Sequence record: CP063550.1
DNA length: 64,000 nt
Reading direction: 5' to 3' (one strand)
Origin: a plasmid
Program-made: the position numbers and the translations under genes
In this document: one piece after another, positions 17,831 to 27,535 of the stretch
Layout of the letters: each line of letters begins with the position of its first letter
Numbering within the stretch: the first letter of the stretch is position 1
The notes under the pieces: generated by a model
The model's database searches: none
Told to the model about the DNA's origin: nothing
What the model saw: the letters and a program-made list of their open reading frames with translations, nothing else

Positions 17831-18790
17831 ATGACCTATACCCATCTTACAACGGATGAACTTGTAATGATAGAGTCTTATTTCAAAATAAATCAATCTG
17901 TTGCGAAAACTGCGCATTTCTTGAATCGTTCAAGACAAACGATCCATAAAGTATACCTGTTCTTCAAGCAAGGAAAATCAGCCTTAGAGTACTATCAACA
18001 GTATAAGAAAAACAAATCAAACTGTGGTAGACGCCCGCTTGTTTTACCTGAGGAACAATCAGAATATATTCAAAGAAAGGTTGTTCAAGGATGGACACCC
18101 GATGTGATTGTTGGTCGTGCAGCGTTTCCTATTCGTTGTTCTGCTCGTACCATTTATCGTATGTTCAAAAAGGGGCTATTTAATCCTTCTGACTTACCGA
18201 TGAAAGGCAAGCGTAAACCAAATGGACATCAAGAAAGACGTGGAAAACAAGCTTTCCGTCGCTCTATTCATGAACGTGAAAAAGATTATAGCCAATTCTC
18301 AAATGAGTTTGGTCACCTTGAAGGTGACACTATCGTAGGTTTGAAACATAAAAGTGCTGTAATTACCTTAGTTGAGCGATTATCAAAAGTTATCATCACA
18401 TTGAAACCGTGTGGTAGACAAGCGATTGATATTGAAAACAAATTAAATCATTGGTTTGAATCTGTACCGAAAAATCTATTCAAATCCATCACTTTTGATT
18501 GTGGAAAGGAATTTTCAAATTGGAAACAGATCAGTAATGCCAATGATATTGCCATTTATTTCGCTGATCCAGGAACGCCGTCTCAAAGAGGCCTAAACGA
18601 GAATTCTAACGGATTGTTACGTAGAGATGGTTTATTGAAATCTATGGATTTCAATTCAGTAGATGAATCTTTTATTCAATCTGTCGCATCGAAACGAAAT
18701 AATATTCCTAGAAAATCACTGAATTATCGAACACCTTTGGAAGTATTTTTGAGTTACGTAAGTATTGATGATTTGTCTAACTTAATTTGA
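17831..18790 (+). CDS. IS30-family transposase
   Basis: N-terminal helix-turn-helix and a DDE core with HLEGDTIVG, which is IS30-like. Full length 319 aa. Confidence 0.85.
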   Translation: MTYTHLTTDELVMIESYFKINQSVAKTAHFLNRSRQTIHKVYLFFKQGKSALEYYQQYKKNKSNCGRRPLVLPEEQSEYIQRKVVQGWTPDVIVGRAAFPIRCSARTIYRMFKKGLFNPSDLPMKGKRKPNGHQERRGKQAFRRSIHEREKDYSQFSNEFGHLEGDTIVGLKHKSAVITLVERLSKVIITLKPCGRQAIDIENKLNHWFESVPKNLFKSITFDCGKEFSNWKQISNANDIAIYFADPGTPSQRGLNENSNGLLRRDGLLKSMDFNSVDESFIQSVASKRNNIPRKSLNYRTPLEVFLSYVSIDDLSNLI

Positions 18791-18851
18791 CAATTAAGAC
18801 ATATTAAATTTGGATACAGTTAAGTAATTTTTATATATTGGAGGAGAAGTA

Positions 18852-19007
18852 ATGGAATATAAATTTAACTTGAATTTGAAAGAAGTACTCCCCACTCAGG
18901 GAACAATAAACATAAATGGTCAAGATAATGATGACGATATAGTAATAAAAAAAATAGAATTTATTGATTCTGATATAAATGTTTTTTTTATTCTAAAGAA
19001 AAATTAG
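18852..19007 (+). CDS. Small ORF (51 aa), probably the N-terminal part of a frameshifted gene continuing at 19031
   Basis: GGAGGAG ribosome-binding site. A T8 tract sits at 18982-18989; nine T would fuse this ORF in frame with the downstream ORF. Confidence 0.4.
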   Translation: MEYKFNLNLKEVLPTQGTININGQDNDDDIVIKKIEFIDSDINVFFILKKN

Positions 19008-19030
19008 CTGATTTTAGCAATATTGCTGAA

Positions 19031-19855
19031 ATGATTGAACGTTTAAAAGATTTTATGATCAGTGTTTGGGATGTAGCGATGCTTGCTGACGAATCAAATT
19101 ATACTTCGAGCATATACAGATTAGAAGATAGTAATTGGATAGAAATTTCATTAGAGTTAAAGACACTTCCTAATTCCGTTAACTATATAATTAGAGATAT
19201 AACTTCTGAAGCTCAACAATTAGTTAATTACATGCATGGACACGAAAGTATCCCCTTTTCTCTTATACTCCTTAAAAGAAGTAAAAATATATCAAATACT
19301 AGAGATAGGTTTATTTCGATAATTACAGCCTGTGAAATAGGGGTAAAGGAATTTTATCAACAAGAGAAACCTGATTTAACTCTAATATTTGAGAATTTAC
19401 AATCTCCCCCTGTAGACAAATTATTAGGGAGCATGTTTAAAGGGTACTTTAATATTGAGTTTCCGAAAGAAATAAGAAAGGAAATTAAAAATTTCATAGA
19501 AAAACGTAATAAATTGGTTCATTCTCCTCAAGGAAGTAAACCAACTATAGAAGAATGTTTTGAATGTTATATGGCAGTGCTAAAAACATTTAATTTTTTT
19601 TATAAAATTAATGATAGCTTTATGTATAGAGATTTTTATGAAGAATCTATAGAATTGACTCCAACGGAACCAAATAAATCTCAAATCACTTTGTCAAAGG
19701 AGCTAGAGAGAAAAGTAGAGTCTCAAGAACTAGCTATAGGAATTAGTATAACCAATGTGTCGACATACAAAGAATTATACGAAGCTAAATCACAAGATAA
19801 TAAGGATTTTGTAGAAAATATAGATAAGGAACCAACAAATACAGTAGGGGATTAA
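19031..19855 (+). CDS. Hypothetical protein with an R-x4-H (RNKLVH) HEPN-like motif; candidate Abi-like defence protein
   Basis: AT-rich compositional island between IS30 and a resolvase. The upstream frame stays open back to the T8 tract. Confidence 0.4.
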   Translation: MIERLKDFMISVWDVAMLADESNYTSSIYRLEDSNWIEISLELKTLPNSVNYIIRDITSEAQQLVNYMHGHESIPFSLILLKRSKNISNTRDRFISIITACEIGVKEFYQQEKPDLTLIFENLQSPPVDKLLGSMFKGYFNIEFPKEIRKEIKNFIEKRNKLVHSPQGSKPTIEECFECYMAVLKTFNFFYKINDSFMYRDFYEESIELTPTEPNKSQITLSKELERKVESQELAIGISITNVSTYKELYEAKSQDNKDFVENIDKEPTNTVGD

Positions 19856-20019
19856 CGTAAATAAGTGAAGATTATATTAACAGACTCTTTATTTAGTTAA
19901 GTAAAAAATGGTTTGTTGGAATTTTATGCTTTATCTGTTCTGAGTAAGACTTAATTTTATAGATAGTAATTATATGTAGGAAATTAAAGATGAGAAGATA
20001 ATAAAAGCAGCATGATCAA

Positions 20020-20634
20020 CTATTTGTCATTGACCATGCTGTCTTTTTTTATTCTATACACGGTTTGTCTCGTAACATTGTAGTCTTTAGCAATCTTAGC
20101 AATCGCAACACCATTTTTAAGATCTTCAACGATGCTTTTGTAAACAAGGCGACGTTGGGGATCTTTTGCGTCTGCACTGTATAATTTGGGCCGCCCTTTG
20201 TAGACGCCGTTTGCTTTTGCGATCTTAATTCCTTGTGCCTGGCGACGTTTCGATTCAGTCCGTTCTTGTTCAGCGATCATGGCCAAAATTTGGATGATCA
20301 GATCCTTAATGAATTTATCCAGGAGAGGATTGCCAATTGCTTCAGCCATGATCGGTAAACTAGTAATGATCAGCTTCACATTTTTCTTCTTCAAGTAATT
20401 GACTGAAGCGATGATCTCGTCATAATTTCTTCCAAGTCGATCAATAGCTTCCACAATAAAAATATCTTGATCTCGGACGTAATCTAATGCTTCTTGGAAA
20501 ACAGGTCGATGAGTAATCGTTGCGCCAGATTGTTTCTCGATGAAAATTCTCTCTGCACCGAATTTTTTCATTTCTTCAATCTGGCGTTGTTCATTTTGAT
20601 CGATCGATGAGACACGTATGTATGCAACTCTCAA
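20020..20634 (-). CDS. Serine recombinase (resolvase/invertase family)
   Basis: [13 protein letters not shown] catalytic-serine N-terminus and a C-terminal helix-turn-helix. Confidence 0.85.
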   Translation of the reverse strand: MRVAYIRVSSIDQNEQRQIEEMKKFGAERIFIEKQSGATITHRPVFQEALDYVRDQDIFIVEAIDRLGRNYDEIIASVNYLKKKNVKLIITSLPIMAEAIGNPLLDKFIKDLIIQILAMIAEQERTESKRRQAQGIKIAKANGVYKGRPKLYSADAKDPQRRLVYKSIVEDLKNGVAIAKIAKDYNVTRQTVYRIKKDSMVNDK

Positions 20635-20735
20635 AACTTTTACCTACTTTCTGCAACTATTTAAAATACACCCTAATCATACACGAGGAAGCCATATGTC
20701 ACTTTTCTTTTTAAATGGCAATATTTTTTGTAAAT

Positions 20736-20768
20736 AAATGTCAATCAAGAAAATTTAAACGATTATGA
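20736..20768. promoter_or_regulatory. Candidate res subsite (TGTCA...TGACA imperfect inverted repeat) upstream of the resolvase
   Basis: TGTCAATCAAG-N11-CGATTATGACA. Confidence 0.25.
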
Positions 20769-20871
20769 CATTAAAAATATATTTTATGAATTTTCTAGTA
20801 TATAACTTGATTTATCTGTTAAGATTTATTAAGAAAACGTTTTCTTAGTTTTGATTTCGAGGTGATAGACA

Positions 20872-21294
20872 ATGAAAAATAAGTTTATTTTATCTTTAGG
20901 TATTTTAACTATTGGAATTAGTGTAACTGGAACTACAATTCCTACATTTGCTGATAGTACAAATGAACCAACTACTGTAGTAGATAATAACCAAGAATTA
21001 ACTCCTTTAGATAGGGACGGAATAGCCATTGGTAACCCAACTAACGACTTAACTGTTACTGAAAATTATTTAATAGTTTCTCCATTACTTGCTCTAGCAG
21101 CTTCTAAAACGATACGAGTGACAGGAACGATGATTTTTGATAAAGTTGGTTGGCCTTCTAGACCTCCTCAATCACGGAATTGGAAAGAAAAAAGAAATGG
21201 TTATTGGTACTATGGAAAATTGTATTTACAAAGTTATAAATCAGCTGGAAACAATTGGATTGCGACTTATTCAGGAACCTTAACTAGAAAGTAG
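20872..21294 (+). CDS. Secreted protein of unknown function (Sec signal peptide, ~113-aa mature form)
   Basis: Signal MKNKFILSLGILTIGISVTGTTIPTFA followed by a G/W/Y-containing C-terminus. AGGTGA ribosome-binding site. Confidence 0.5.
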   Translation: MKNKFILSLGILTIGISVTGTTIPTFADSTNEPTTVVDNNQELTPLDRDGIAIGNPTNDLTVTENYLIVSPLLALAASKTIRVTGTMIFDKVGWPSRPPQSRNWKEKRNGYWYYGKLYLQSYKSAGNNWIATYSGTLTRK

Positions 21295-21303
21295 GGATTT
21301 TTT

Positions 21304-21507
21304 ATGCCAGAATTTGTGAACACACCAAATTTTTATCAAGATAGCGATATTCTAAGTAAAATTAATTTACCGAAAGAAGAATCAGCTTTACAAGTTCAGC
21401 GAACTTTACAGGAGACACAAAAAATTCAAAAATCAATTTCTAATCTAGAAGATTCTGAAGAAAAAAGAAAAAAAAGAGACCAAAAAACATATCAAAAAGA
21501 AAAATAA
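21304..21507 (+). CDS. Small K/E-rich hypothetical protein
   Basis: ORF 10 nt after the upstream stop, followed by a terminator-like hairpin at 21514-21540. Confidence 0.3.
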   Translation: MPEFVNTPNFYQDSDILSKINLPKEESALQVQRTLQETQKIQKSISNLEDSEEKRKKRDQKTYQKEK

Positions 21508-21708
21508 TGATTTTAAAAAAAGAGTGTCTAGTCGACATTCTTTTTTTCTAATTGAAAGTGTTCATAAAATCACCCATTTCTGGACACTTTCTTTTTTTGC
21601 TTTATTTTTCAAAAAAACAATTCATTTCATGTTCATAAACCCATAACAATATCTATGTTCAGTTAAACTATATGGATAAAGTTATGTTACAATAAAATTA
21701 ATGAAGGA

Positions 21709-22302
21709 GTGATTTTTTTGAAAATAGGATACGCCCGGGTATCTACTGGTTTACAAAATTTGGATTTACAAGAAGACAGCCTAAATAAATTTGGTTGTGA
21801 AAAAATTTTTACTGATCATATGAGTGGGGCAAAAAGTAATCGACCAGGATTAGAAATGGCCATTGATTTTGTTCGCTCTGACGATACACTTGTCGTTTGG
21901 CGCTTAGATCGTTTAGGTAGAAATATGGAAGATTTGATTTCAATCGTCAATCGACTGAATGAGCGTGGTGTGAGTTTTCATAGTATTCAAGAAAATATTA
22001 CGATGGACAAATCAAGTTCTACAGGACAGCTCATGTTTCATTTGTTTGCGGCATTTGCAGAATTTGAGCGTAATTTGATCCTGGAACGATCCGCAGCAGG
22101 ACGAGCAGCTGCTCGTGCAAGAGGACGGTTTGGTGGTCGTCCTGAAAAATTGTCTGAACAAGATTTGGAATTACTGAAGACTTTAGTGGATAGCGGTACA
22201 CCTATTAAGACTATTGCGGAACGGTGGAACGTCTCAAGAACCACCATTTATCGTTATTTGGCAAAAATGGAGGAGAAAAATGGAAAGACAAATTCTCATT
22301 AG
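21709..22302 (+). CDS. Serine recombinase (resolvase/invertase family). The likely start is TTG 21718.
   Basis: IGYARVSTGLQNLDLQ catalytic-serine N-terminus, a C-terminal helix-turn-helix, and a GAAGGAG ribosome-binding site. Confidence 0.85.
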   Translation: MIFLKIGYARVSTGLQNLDLQEDSLNKFGCEKIFTDHMSGAKSNRPGLEMAIDFVRSDDTLVVWRLDRLGRNMEDLISIVNRLNERGVSFHSIQENITMDKSSSTGQLMFHLFAAFAEFERNLILERSAAGRAAARARGRFGGRPEKLSEQDLELLKTLVDSGTPIKTIAERWNVSRTTIYRYLAKMEEKNGKTNSH

Positions 22303-22436
22303 TTTTTGTCATTTAATGCTGAAAATTTTTGCCATTTATCTAGAAAAGTGACAATAGTATGAGAATTTTTTGTAAGTGTCTACTGATAACTTATTCTCAA
22401 ATGTTGTAAGGATTTTATTCATTTGTTAATATTAAA

Positions 22437-23245
22437 GGTTCTGTTGCAAAGTTTTAAATAAAGAATAAAATCCCTTACGGTATCTATGATTTAAGCTGGG
22501 ATTCCCAATAATACCTTGATTTCAGTACAGACCGAAAACCCGAAGAGAGTGCCTTCTTTTCGGGTTTTCTTATATAATCCTCGAATGGCTTCCATGCCTT
22601 TAATCGTGGTAGAGGCAGTGCGTAAACTTCGATAGAATTTATTGCGTCTCTTTACTGGACGATGGTCTTGTTCAATCAAATTATTCAGGTATTTAATGGT
22701 ACGATGTTCTGTCCCTTGATAAAAGCCGTATTCTTTTAGTTTCTTAAAGGCACTTGTAATAGAGGGGGCTTTATCTGTGACTACAACCTTCGGTTCATCA
22801 AACTGCTTCACTAACCGCTTAAGAAAAGCATAGGCTGCTTGTGTGTCCCGTTTTTTACGTAACCAAATATCCAAGGTTAAACCATCTGCATCGATGGCTC
22901 GATACAAATAATGCCATTTTCCTTTAATTTTGATGTACGTTTCATCCATTTTCCATGAATAAAAGGATTTTTTATTTTTCTTTTTCCAAATTTGATAGAG
23001 TAGTTTGCCATATTCTTGCACCCAACGATAAATCGTCGTATGAGAAACGTTAATGCCACGATCATATAAGATTTCTTGAACTTCACGATAGCTAAGGTTA
23101 TAACGAAGATAGTAGCCCACGGCTACAATAATCACATCCTGATGAAATTGCTTTCCTTTAAAATGACTCATCGTCATTCCTCCTGCTATCTTTTTCTATT
23201 ATTCTACCTTATCTGATAGTAGATTTAAAACTTTGCAACAGAACC
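22437..23245 (-). mobile_element. IS1216-type IS6-family element, copy 1 (intact, 809 bp)
   Basis: Terminal inverted repeats GGTTCTGTTGCAAAGTTTTAAAT at both ends. Transposase ORF 22491..23177 (228 aa). Confidence 0.9.
22491..23177 (-). CDS. IS6-family (IS1216) transposase
   Basis: MTMSHFKGKQFHQDVIIVAVGYYLRYNLSYREVQEIL... over 228 aa. Confidence 0.9.
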   Translation of the reverse strand: MTMSHFKGKQFHQDVIIVAVGYYLRYNLSYREVQEILYDRGINVSHTTIYRWVQEYGKLLYQIWKKKNKKSFYSWKMDETYIKIKGKWHYLYRAIDADGLTLDIWLRKKRDTQAAYAFLKRLVKQFDEPKVVVTDKAPSITSAFKKLKEYGFYQGTEHRTIKYLNNLIEQDHRPVKRRNKFYRSLRTASTTIKGMEAIRGLYKKTRKEGTLFGFSVCTEIKVLLGIPA

Positions 23246-23935
23246 GGATTGCAAGGTCGTAGCAACATTAACCTGTATGTTGCAGCGGCGACTAATAGTA
23301 TAACCTAAAGCAATCGCCGCCAACTCCTTACCGGCTCTTATTTCCTCTCGTACAAATAACAGAACCTCTTCTTTGTCAACTCCCAGCAAGTCCGCCGCAA
23401 CGTCATTGTCAGTTATTAAAGAAATTTCTTGAGAACGCGTATATGCCAAACTTTTAAAATCTTGGAAAGGATTGTCCGAGAAATTACTTTTCTTTAATGT
23501 TTCCATAGGGATTAATAACATCAAGCTAATTGCTTCTGCATCAATATATTCTAAATAAGCTTGTGGTTGCTGCTGTTTGAAATCATTCAGTTCCGGACAA
23601 AGAGCTGCTGCTTTTTTCGGTGAAAGAGCCGTTGCCTTTAGCTGTAGCCGCTGCTTACTAAGCAGAGAATCTTCTATCGGTGTAAAGAAATGATGGGCAT
23701 TTTTTTCGAATTTTGGCGCAGTTAAATAATAGCCGCTATTGGTTTGCGCCCGTAAGGTGCCGTTGTCCACCAGTTTTTGTAACGCGCCTCTTAAGGTAGT
23801 TCGATTAACATTAAACATTTCTGATAGGTCCCGTTCCGAAGGCAGTTTTGTTCCGGGGGTTAAATGATGTTCATGAATATAAGCAATAATTTTGTCAATC
23901 AGGTCATAAGCCAACAGATTAATCAATTTGGGCAT
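23225..23935 (-). CDS. GntR-family transcriptional regulator
   Basis: N-terminal GntR helix-turn-helix (PSERDLSEMFNVNRTTLRGALQKL). The listed 5' end overlaps the IS1216 inverted repeat, so the true start may differ. Confidence 0.65.
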   Translation of the reverse strand: MPKLINLLAYDLIDKIIAYIHEHHLTPGTKLPSERDLSEMFNVNRTTLRGALQKLVDNGTLRAQTNSGYYLTAPKFEKNAHHFFTPIEDSLLSKQRLQLKATALSPKKAAALCPELNDFKQQQPQAYLEYIDAEAISLMLLIPMETLKKSNFSDNPFQDFKSLAYTRSQEISLITDNDVAADLLGVDKEEVLLFVREEIRAGKELAAIALGYTISRRCNIQVNVATTLQSGSVAKF

Positions 23936-24653
23936 AGATTTTCATCTCCTTTCCTTGATGAACATTTTTAGTATAGATGGCGGCGAATTCAGGCAAAACC
24001 ACTACTTCAGTGTATTCAACCGCTTGTTCATTTGTCGTAACCGCAGTGATAGCAAGGCTGATTACCGGACGATTTAAGCTGGTTTTTAACAAACGGGCTT
24101 CTTTATTGCTCACTTTTGAGCTGGAAATTGTCTGATAGATATTTTCAATTTGATAATGATAAGCAGCCAATGTGGAATAAAATGAAAAAATTTGGAAATC
24201 AAAAGCTTGAAGATCAGGTATGAGATTTAATGGAATATAAGTGTCTTCAATAGAAATTGGCTCACCGTCGCCGCTTCTTAAACGAACCAAATGAAATACT
24301 TCTTCAGTTGGTTCCAGCTGTAAAGCTTTCCCGACAATGTGTCCAGCCGGTTTTATTTCTGAAGCTAAAATTAAGCTGCTAGGCTGAATCCCTTCCCGTT
24401 CCAACAATTCAGACAAACCATGAAATTTGATTTGCAAATGTTCATGGATATTTTTTTTAACAAAAGTTCCTTTGCCATGTATTTTTAGTAGGTACTCTTT
24501 ATTTACTAATTGTTGAATGGCTTTTTTTACGGCTGAACGATTCATTTCATAAATTTGAACAAAATCACGTTCTGAAGGAATAGCTTGCGCGTATTTATAT
24601 TTTTCTTGTTCAATGTCTTGTATTAATTTGTTCGTTAGTTCTTCAGTATTCAT
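23919..24653 (-). CDS. GntR/HutC-family transcriptional regulator with UTRA-like C-domain
   Basis: PSERDFVQIYEMNRSAVKKAIQQL helix-turn-helix. Divergent from the PTS operon. Confidence 0.75.
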   Translation of the reverse strand: MNTEELTNKLIQDIEQEKYKYAQAIPSERDFVQIYEMNRSAVKKAIQQLVNKEYLLKIHGKGTFVKKNIHEHLQIKFHGLSELLEREGIQPSSLILASEIKPAGHIVGKALQLEPTEEVFHLVRLRSGDGEPISIEDTYIPLNLIPDLQAFDFQIFSFYSTLAAYHYQIENIYQTISSSKVSNKEARLLKTSLNRPVISLAITAVTTNEQAVEYTEVVVLPEFAAIYTKNVHQGKEMKIYAQID

Positions 24654-24869
24654 ACGTTACACTCCAGAGTCTATTTTTGTTTATTATACATGAAAAAAGG
24701 ATTTTGGTACAAATAAAAATAAAAGTGGTTAAAAACTATTGACAGCGTTTTCTATAAGTGGTACATTAAAAACGTTAACAGGTGGTATATAAAAAAGGTT
24801 AAGTGGTTTGTTAATGTGCCGGCATTTGCAAATATATTTTTCAAATTATTGACTTGGAGGTTTTTAACT

Positions 24870-25883
24870 ATGTTAGGTTTTAGCGAAGAACGTTTTCTAT
24901 CAGTATTAAATGGTGCAGTAAAAAATATCGAGACAATCAATCAGGTGGCAGATGCAATCAGTGAGAAGGGATTTAAAAATCTTTATTTGGTAGGCTCTGG
25001 TGGAACATATGCCACAATCAGCCCGCTAGCTTATCTGTTAAGCACTCATTCAGAGCTTGATTATTATCATGAAATAGCCGCAGAGGTGGTTTGTTCACAG
25101 CCGAAAAAGATTAATAAAGATACAGTGTTAATCACATCTTCATTAACCGGTACGACTCAAGAAACCGTTGATGTTGTTAAGTATGCCAATAGTCAAGGTG
25201 CAACGACGATTGCGTTTGTAGGAAATGCTGCTACACCACTCGGGGAAATCGTGGATTATGCGATTGAAAATGATGCTGACAACGATACATTAGTAGAAGA
25301 ACTTCAGTTACAGTTTTTTGCTTTGGGTGCACGCCTGATGAAAAATAACGGTGAGTTTCCTGAATATGATGAATTTATTCAAACATTACAAAAAATGCCG
25401 GAAGTATTACTAAGTGTTCGGCAACAAAATGATCAGAAAGCACTTGAATTTGCAGAAAAACATAAAAATACGGAATTTCATATGTTTGTTGGAGCCGGGA
25501 ATACTTATGGGGCTGCCTATGAATATGCTATGTGCGTACTGGAAGAAATGCAATGGATTGCCACCAAGTCGATCCATGCAGCCGAATTTTTCCATGGGAC
25601 TATTGAAATGACTGATAAATCTATGAGTTTTGTGTTATTAAAAGGTGAAGATCAAACGCGTCCGCTAGTCGATCGCGTAGAGCGTTTTGTAAATAAATAT
25701 AGCGATGTTGTGACGGTTTTTGACACTGCGGATTTCGAATTAGCAGGTGTACCAAGCGCTATGCGTCAGTATGTAGCGCCAATGGTTATGGCAACGGCCT
25801 TAGAACGAGTGAGTGCTCATTTTGAAAAGGTGCGGGATCATTCACTAGATATTCGTCGTTATTATCGGACTGTGGAATATTAA
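24870..25883 (+). CDS. SIS-domain sugar-phosphate isomerase/deglycase-like protein
   Basis: Two SIS-like segments (LVGSGGTYATISP; ITSSLTGTT). GGAGG ribosome-binding site before ATG 24870. Confidence 0.75.
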   Translation: MLGFSEERFLSVLNGAVKNIETINQVADAISEKGFKNLYLVGSGGTYATISPLAYLLSTHSELDYYHEIAAEVVCSQPKKINKDTVLITSSLTGTTQETVDVVKYANSQGATTIAFVGNAATPLGEIVDYAIENDADNDTLVEELQLQFFALGARLMKNNGEFPEYDEFIQTLQKMPEVLLSVRQQNDQKALEFAEKHKNTEFHMFVGAGNTYGAAYEYAMCVLEEMQWIATKSIHAAEFFHGTIEMTDKSMSFVLLKGEDQTRPLVDRVERFVNKYSDVVTVFDTADFELAGVPSAMRQYVAPMVMATALERVSAHFEKVRDHSLDIRRYYRTVEY

Positions 25884-25893
25884 GGTAAGAGCT

Positions 25894-26304
25894 ATGAGGA
25901 AAATTGTAATTGCGACGCATTCCATGATGGCTAAAGGCTTAAAGGATACTTTAGAATTTATTATTGGTCCTCAAAAATCACTTTTAGCAATAACTGCGTA
26001 TATAGATAGTGACTACTCCATTAACCAGGAAATAGAGCAGCTATTTTCCGACTTAGCGCCTGATGACGAATTAATTGTGACGGTAGATTTACTGGGAGGA
26101 AGCGTGTCTAACGCTTTCTCCGAACAAATCGGTAAAGACAATTTTTATTTAATCAGCGGTGTAAATCTGCCGCTGCTTTTAGAGCTTTGCTTATCAGGTG
26201 AACAGGACACGAAAAAACTAATCCAAAAAGCTATGAATAGCGGGAATGAAGGGATAGTTTTGGTGAACGAGTTGCTAGAGAAAACAGAAGAGGATGATTT
26301 TTAA
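25894..26304 (+). CDS. PTS mannose-family EIIA
   Basis: IVIATHSMMAKGL N-terminus. Confidence 0.8.
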   Translation: MRKIVIATHSMMAKGLKDTLEFIIGPQKSLLAITAYIDSDYSINQEIEQLFSDLAPDDELIVTVDLLGGSVSNAFSEQIGKDNFYLISGVNLPLLLELCLSGEQDTKKLIQKAMNSGNEGIVLVNELLEKTEEDDF

Positions 26305-26771
26305 TGATTAAATTATTACGAGTAGATGAACGTTTTGTTCATGGGCAAGTTGCTTTTGCCTGGACAAATAACTTAGGTGCAAATTGTATTTTCGTTGCAA
26401 GTAATGAAATCGCTACCAATAATCTGCGCAAAAAAACACTAAAAATGGCTGTTCCTACAGGGACAAAATTTGTGGTGAAGGATATGACAGAGGCCATCTC
26501 TGTTTTAAATGGAGAAAAAATCAAGAAATACCAAGTATTTTTAATTGTCGGGACGGTGGAGGATGCCTACGAAATTACTCAGCACGTACCTGAGATTAAA
26601 GAAGTGAATTTAGGAAATTTAAAGAAAAACGAGAATCGGAAAATGATTACTAGTTCCGTTTACTTGAATGAACAAGAACTGGACTTGGTGAAAAAAATGA
26701 CTGAAAACGGGATAACAGTTCAATGTCAGGCTGTACCAACGGACAAAAAAATCAATCCTTTGCATGACTAA
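26304..26771 (+). CDS. PTS mannose-family EIIB
   Basis: LLRVDERFVHGQV signature. Confidence 0.85.
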   Translation: MIKLLRVDERFVHGQVAFAWTNNLGANCIFVASNEIATNNLRKKTLKMAVPTGTKFVVKDMTEAISVLNGEKIKKYQVFLIVGTVEDAYEITQHVPEIKEVNLGNLKKNENRKMITSSVYLNEQELDLVKKMTENGITVQCQAVPTDKKINPLHD

Positions 26772-26788
26772 AAGAGGAGGGGAAGAAT

Positions 26789-27535
26789 ATGATACAAGCA
26801 ATATTAATCGCACTGGTAGCTTTTTTGGCGTCTATTGATGAATACACATTTGGTGCATCGATGATGGGTAGACCGCTATTTACAGCGCCTTTTGTCGGTT
26901 TGATTTTGGGAGATTTAGAGTCAGGAATTATTATTGGTGCCACCTTGGAATCCATGTTCATGGGCTCAATTATGGTAGGGAGTGCGACGCCCCCTGAAGT
27001 TTATGCTTCCAGTGTTTTAGGTACAGCAATTGCGATTCAATCGGGTCAAGGAGTAGGAACTGCCGTTGCGTTGACTTTACCTTTGTCCATCTTTCTTCAG
27101 ATGTGGCGTAACTTCGCCTATGCAATGCCAATTACGTATTTTAACAACAAAATGGATGAGGCATTAGTCAATCATGATTTCAAAAAAGCACAAAAATATC
27201 ATTATGTGGCTCAACCTTTAATCGTTGGGGTTCCATCGGCCATTTTAGTTTTTGTAGCTACTTATTTTGGTGTGTCTACAATCAATGCGATGATCAAGTT
27301 GATTCCTCAGGTTGTATTGGACAGCTTTGATGTTGCGGCCGGTGTGCTTTCTTGTGTTGGGCTAGCGTTATTAATTAAAATGATGGCGAATAAAGCGATG
27401 ATGCCTTATCTTTTCTTAGGATTTGTCGGCGTAATGTATCTGAAAATGGATGTTGTCGGTGTGGCTGTCGTCGGACTTTGCTTAGCGTTACTGGCTGTTC
27501 AAAAGCTAACTTTTGAAGAGGAGGAAGATTTATAA
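26789..27535 (+). CDS. PTS mannose-family EIIC
   Basis: Polytopic membrane protein with the ManY-like pattern. Confidence 0.85.
   Translation: MIQAILIALVAFLASIDEYTFGASMMGRPLFTAPFVGLILGDLESGIIIGATLESMFMGSIMVGSATPPEVYASSVLGTAIAIQSGQGVGTAVALTLPLSIFLQMWRNFAYAMPITYFNNKMDEALVNHDFKKAQKYHYVAQPLIVGVPSAILVFVATYFGVSTINAMIKLIPQVVLDSFDVAAGVLSCVGLALLIKMMANKAMMPYLFLGFVGVMYLKMDVVGVAVVGLCLALLAVQKLTFEEEEDL

Noticed and set aside
20872-21294. Calling the secreted protein a lactococcin-972-family bacteriocin
   Set aside because: The protein is a similar size and is Sec-dependent, but no motif-level match is recognisable by eye. It is left as a hypothesis only.
24805-24845. Sigma-54 promoter upstream of the first PTS operon (TGTGCCGGCATTTGCA)
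   Set aside because: The GG/GC spacing does not fit the -24/-12 consensus, and the locus has GntR-type regulators rather than an EBP-type activator.
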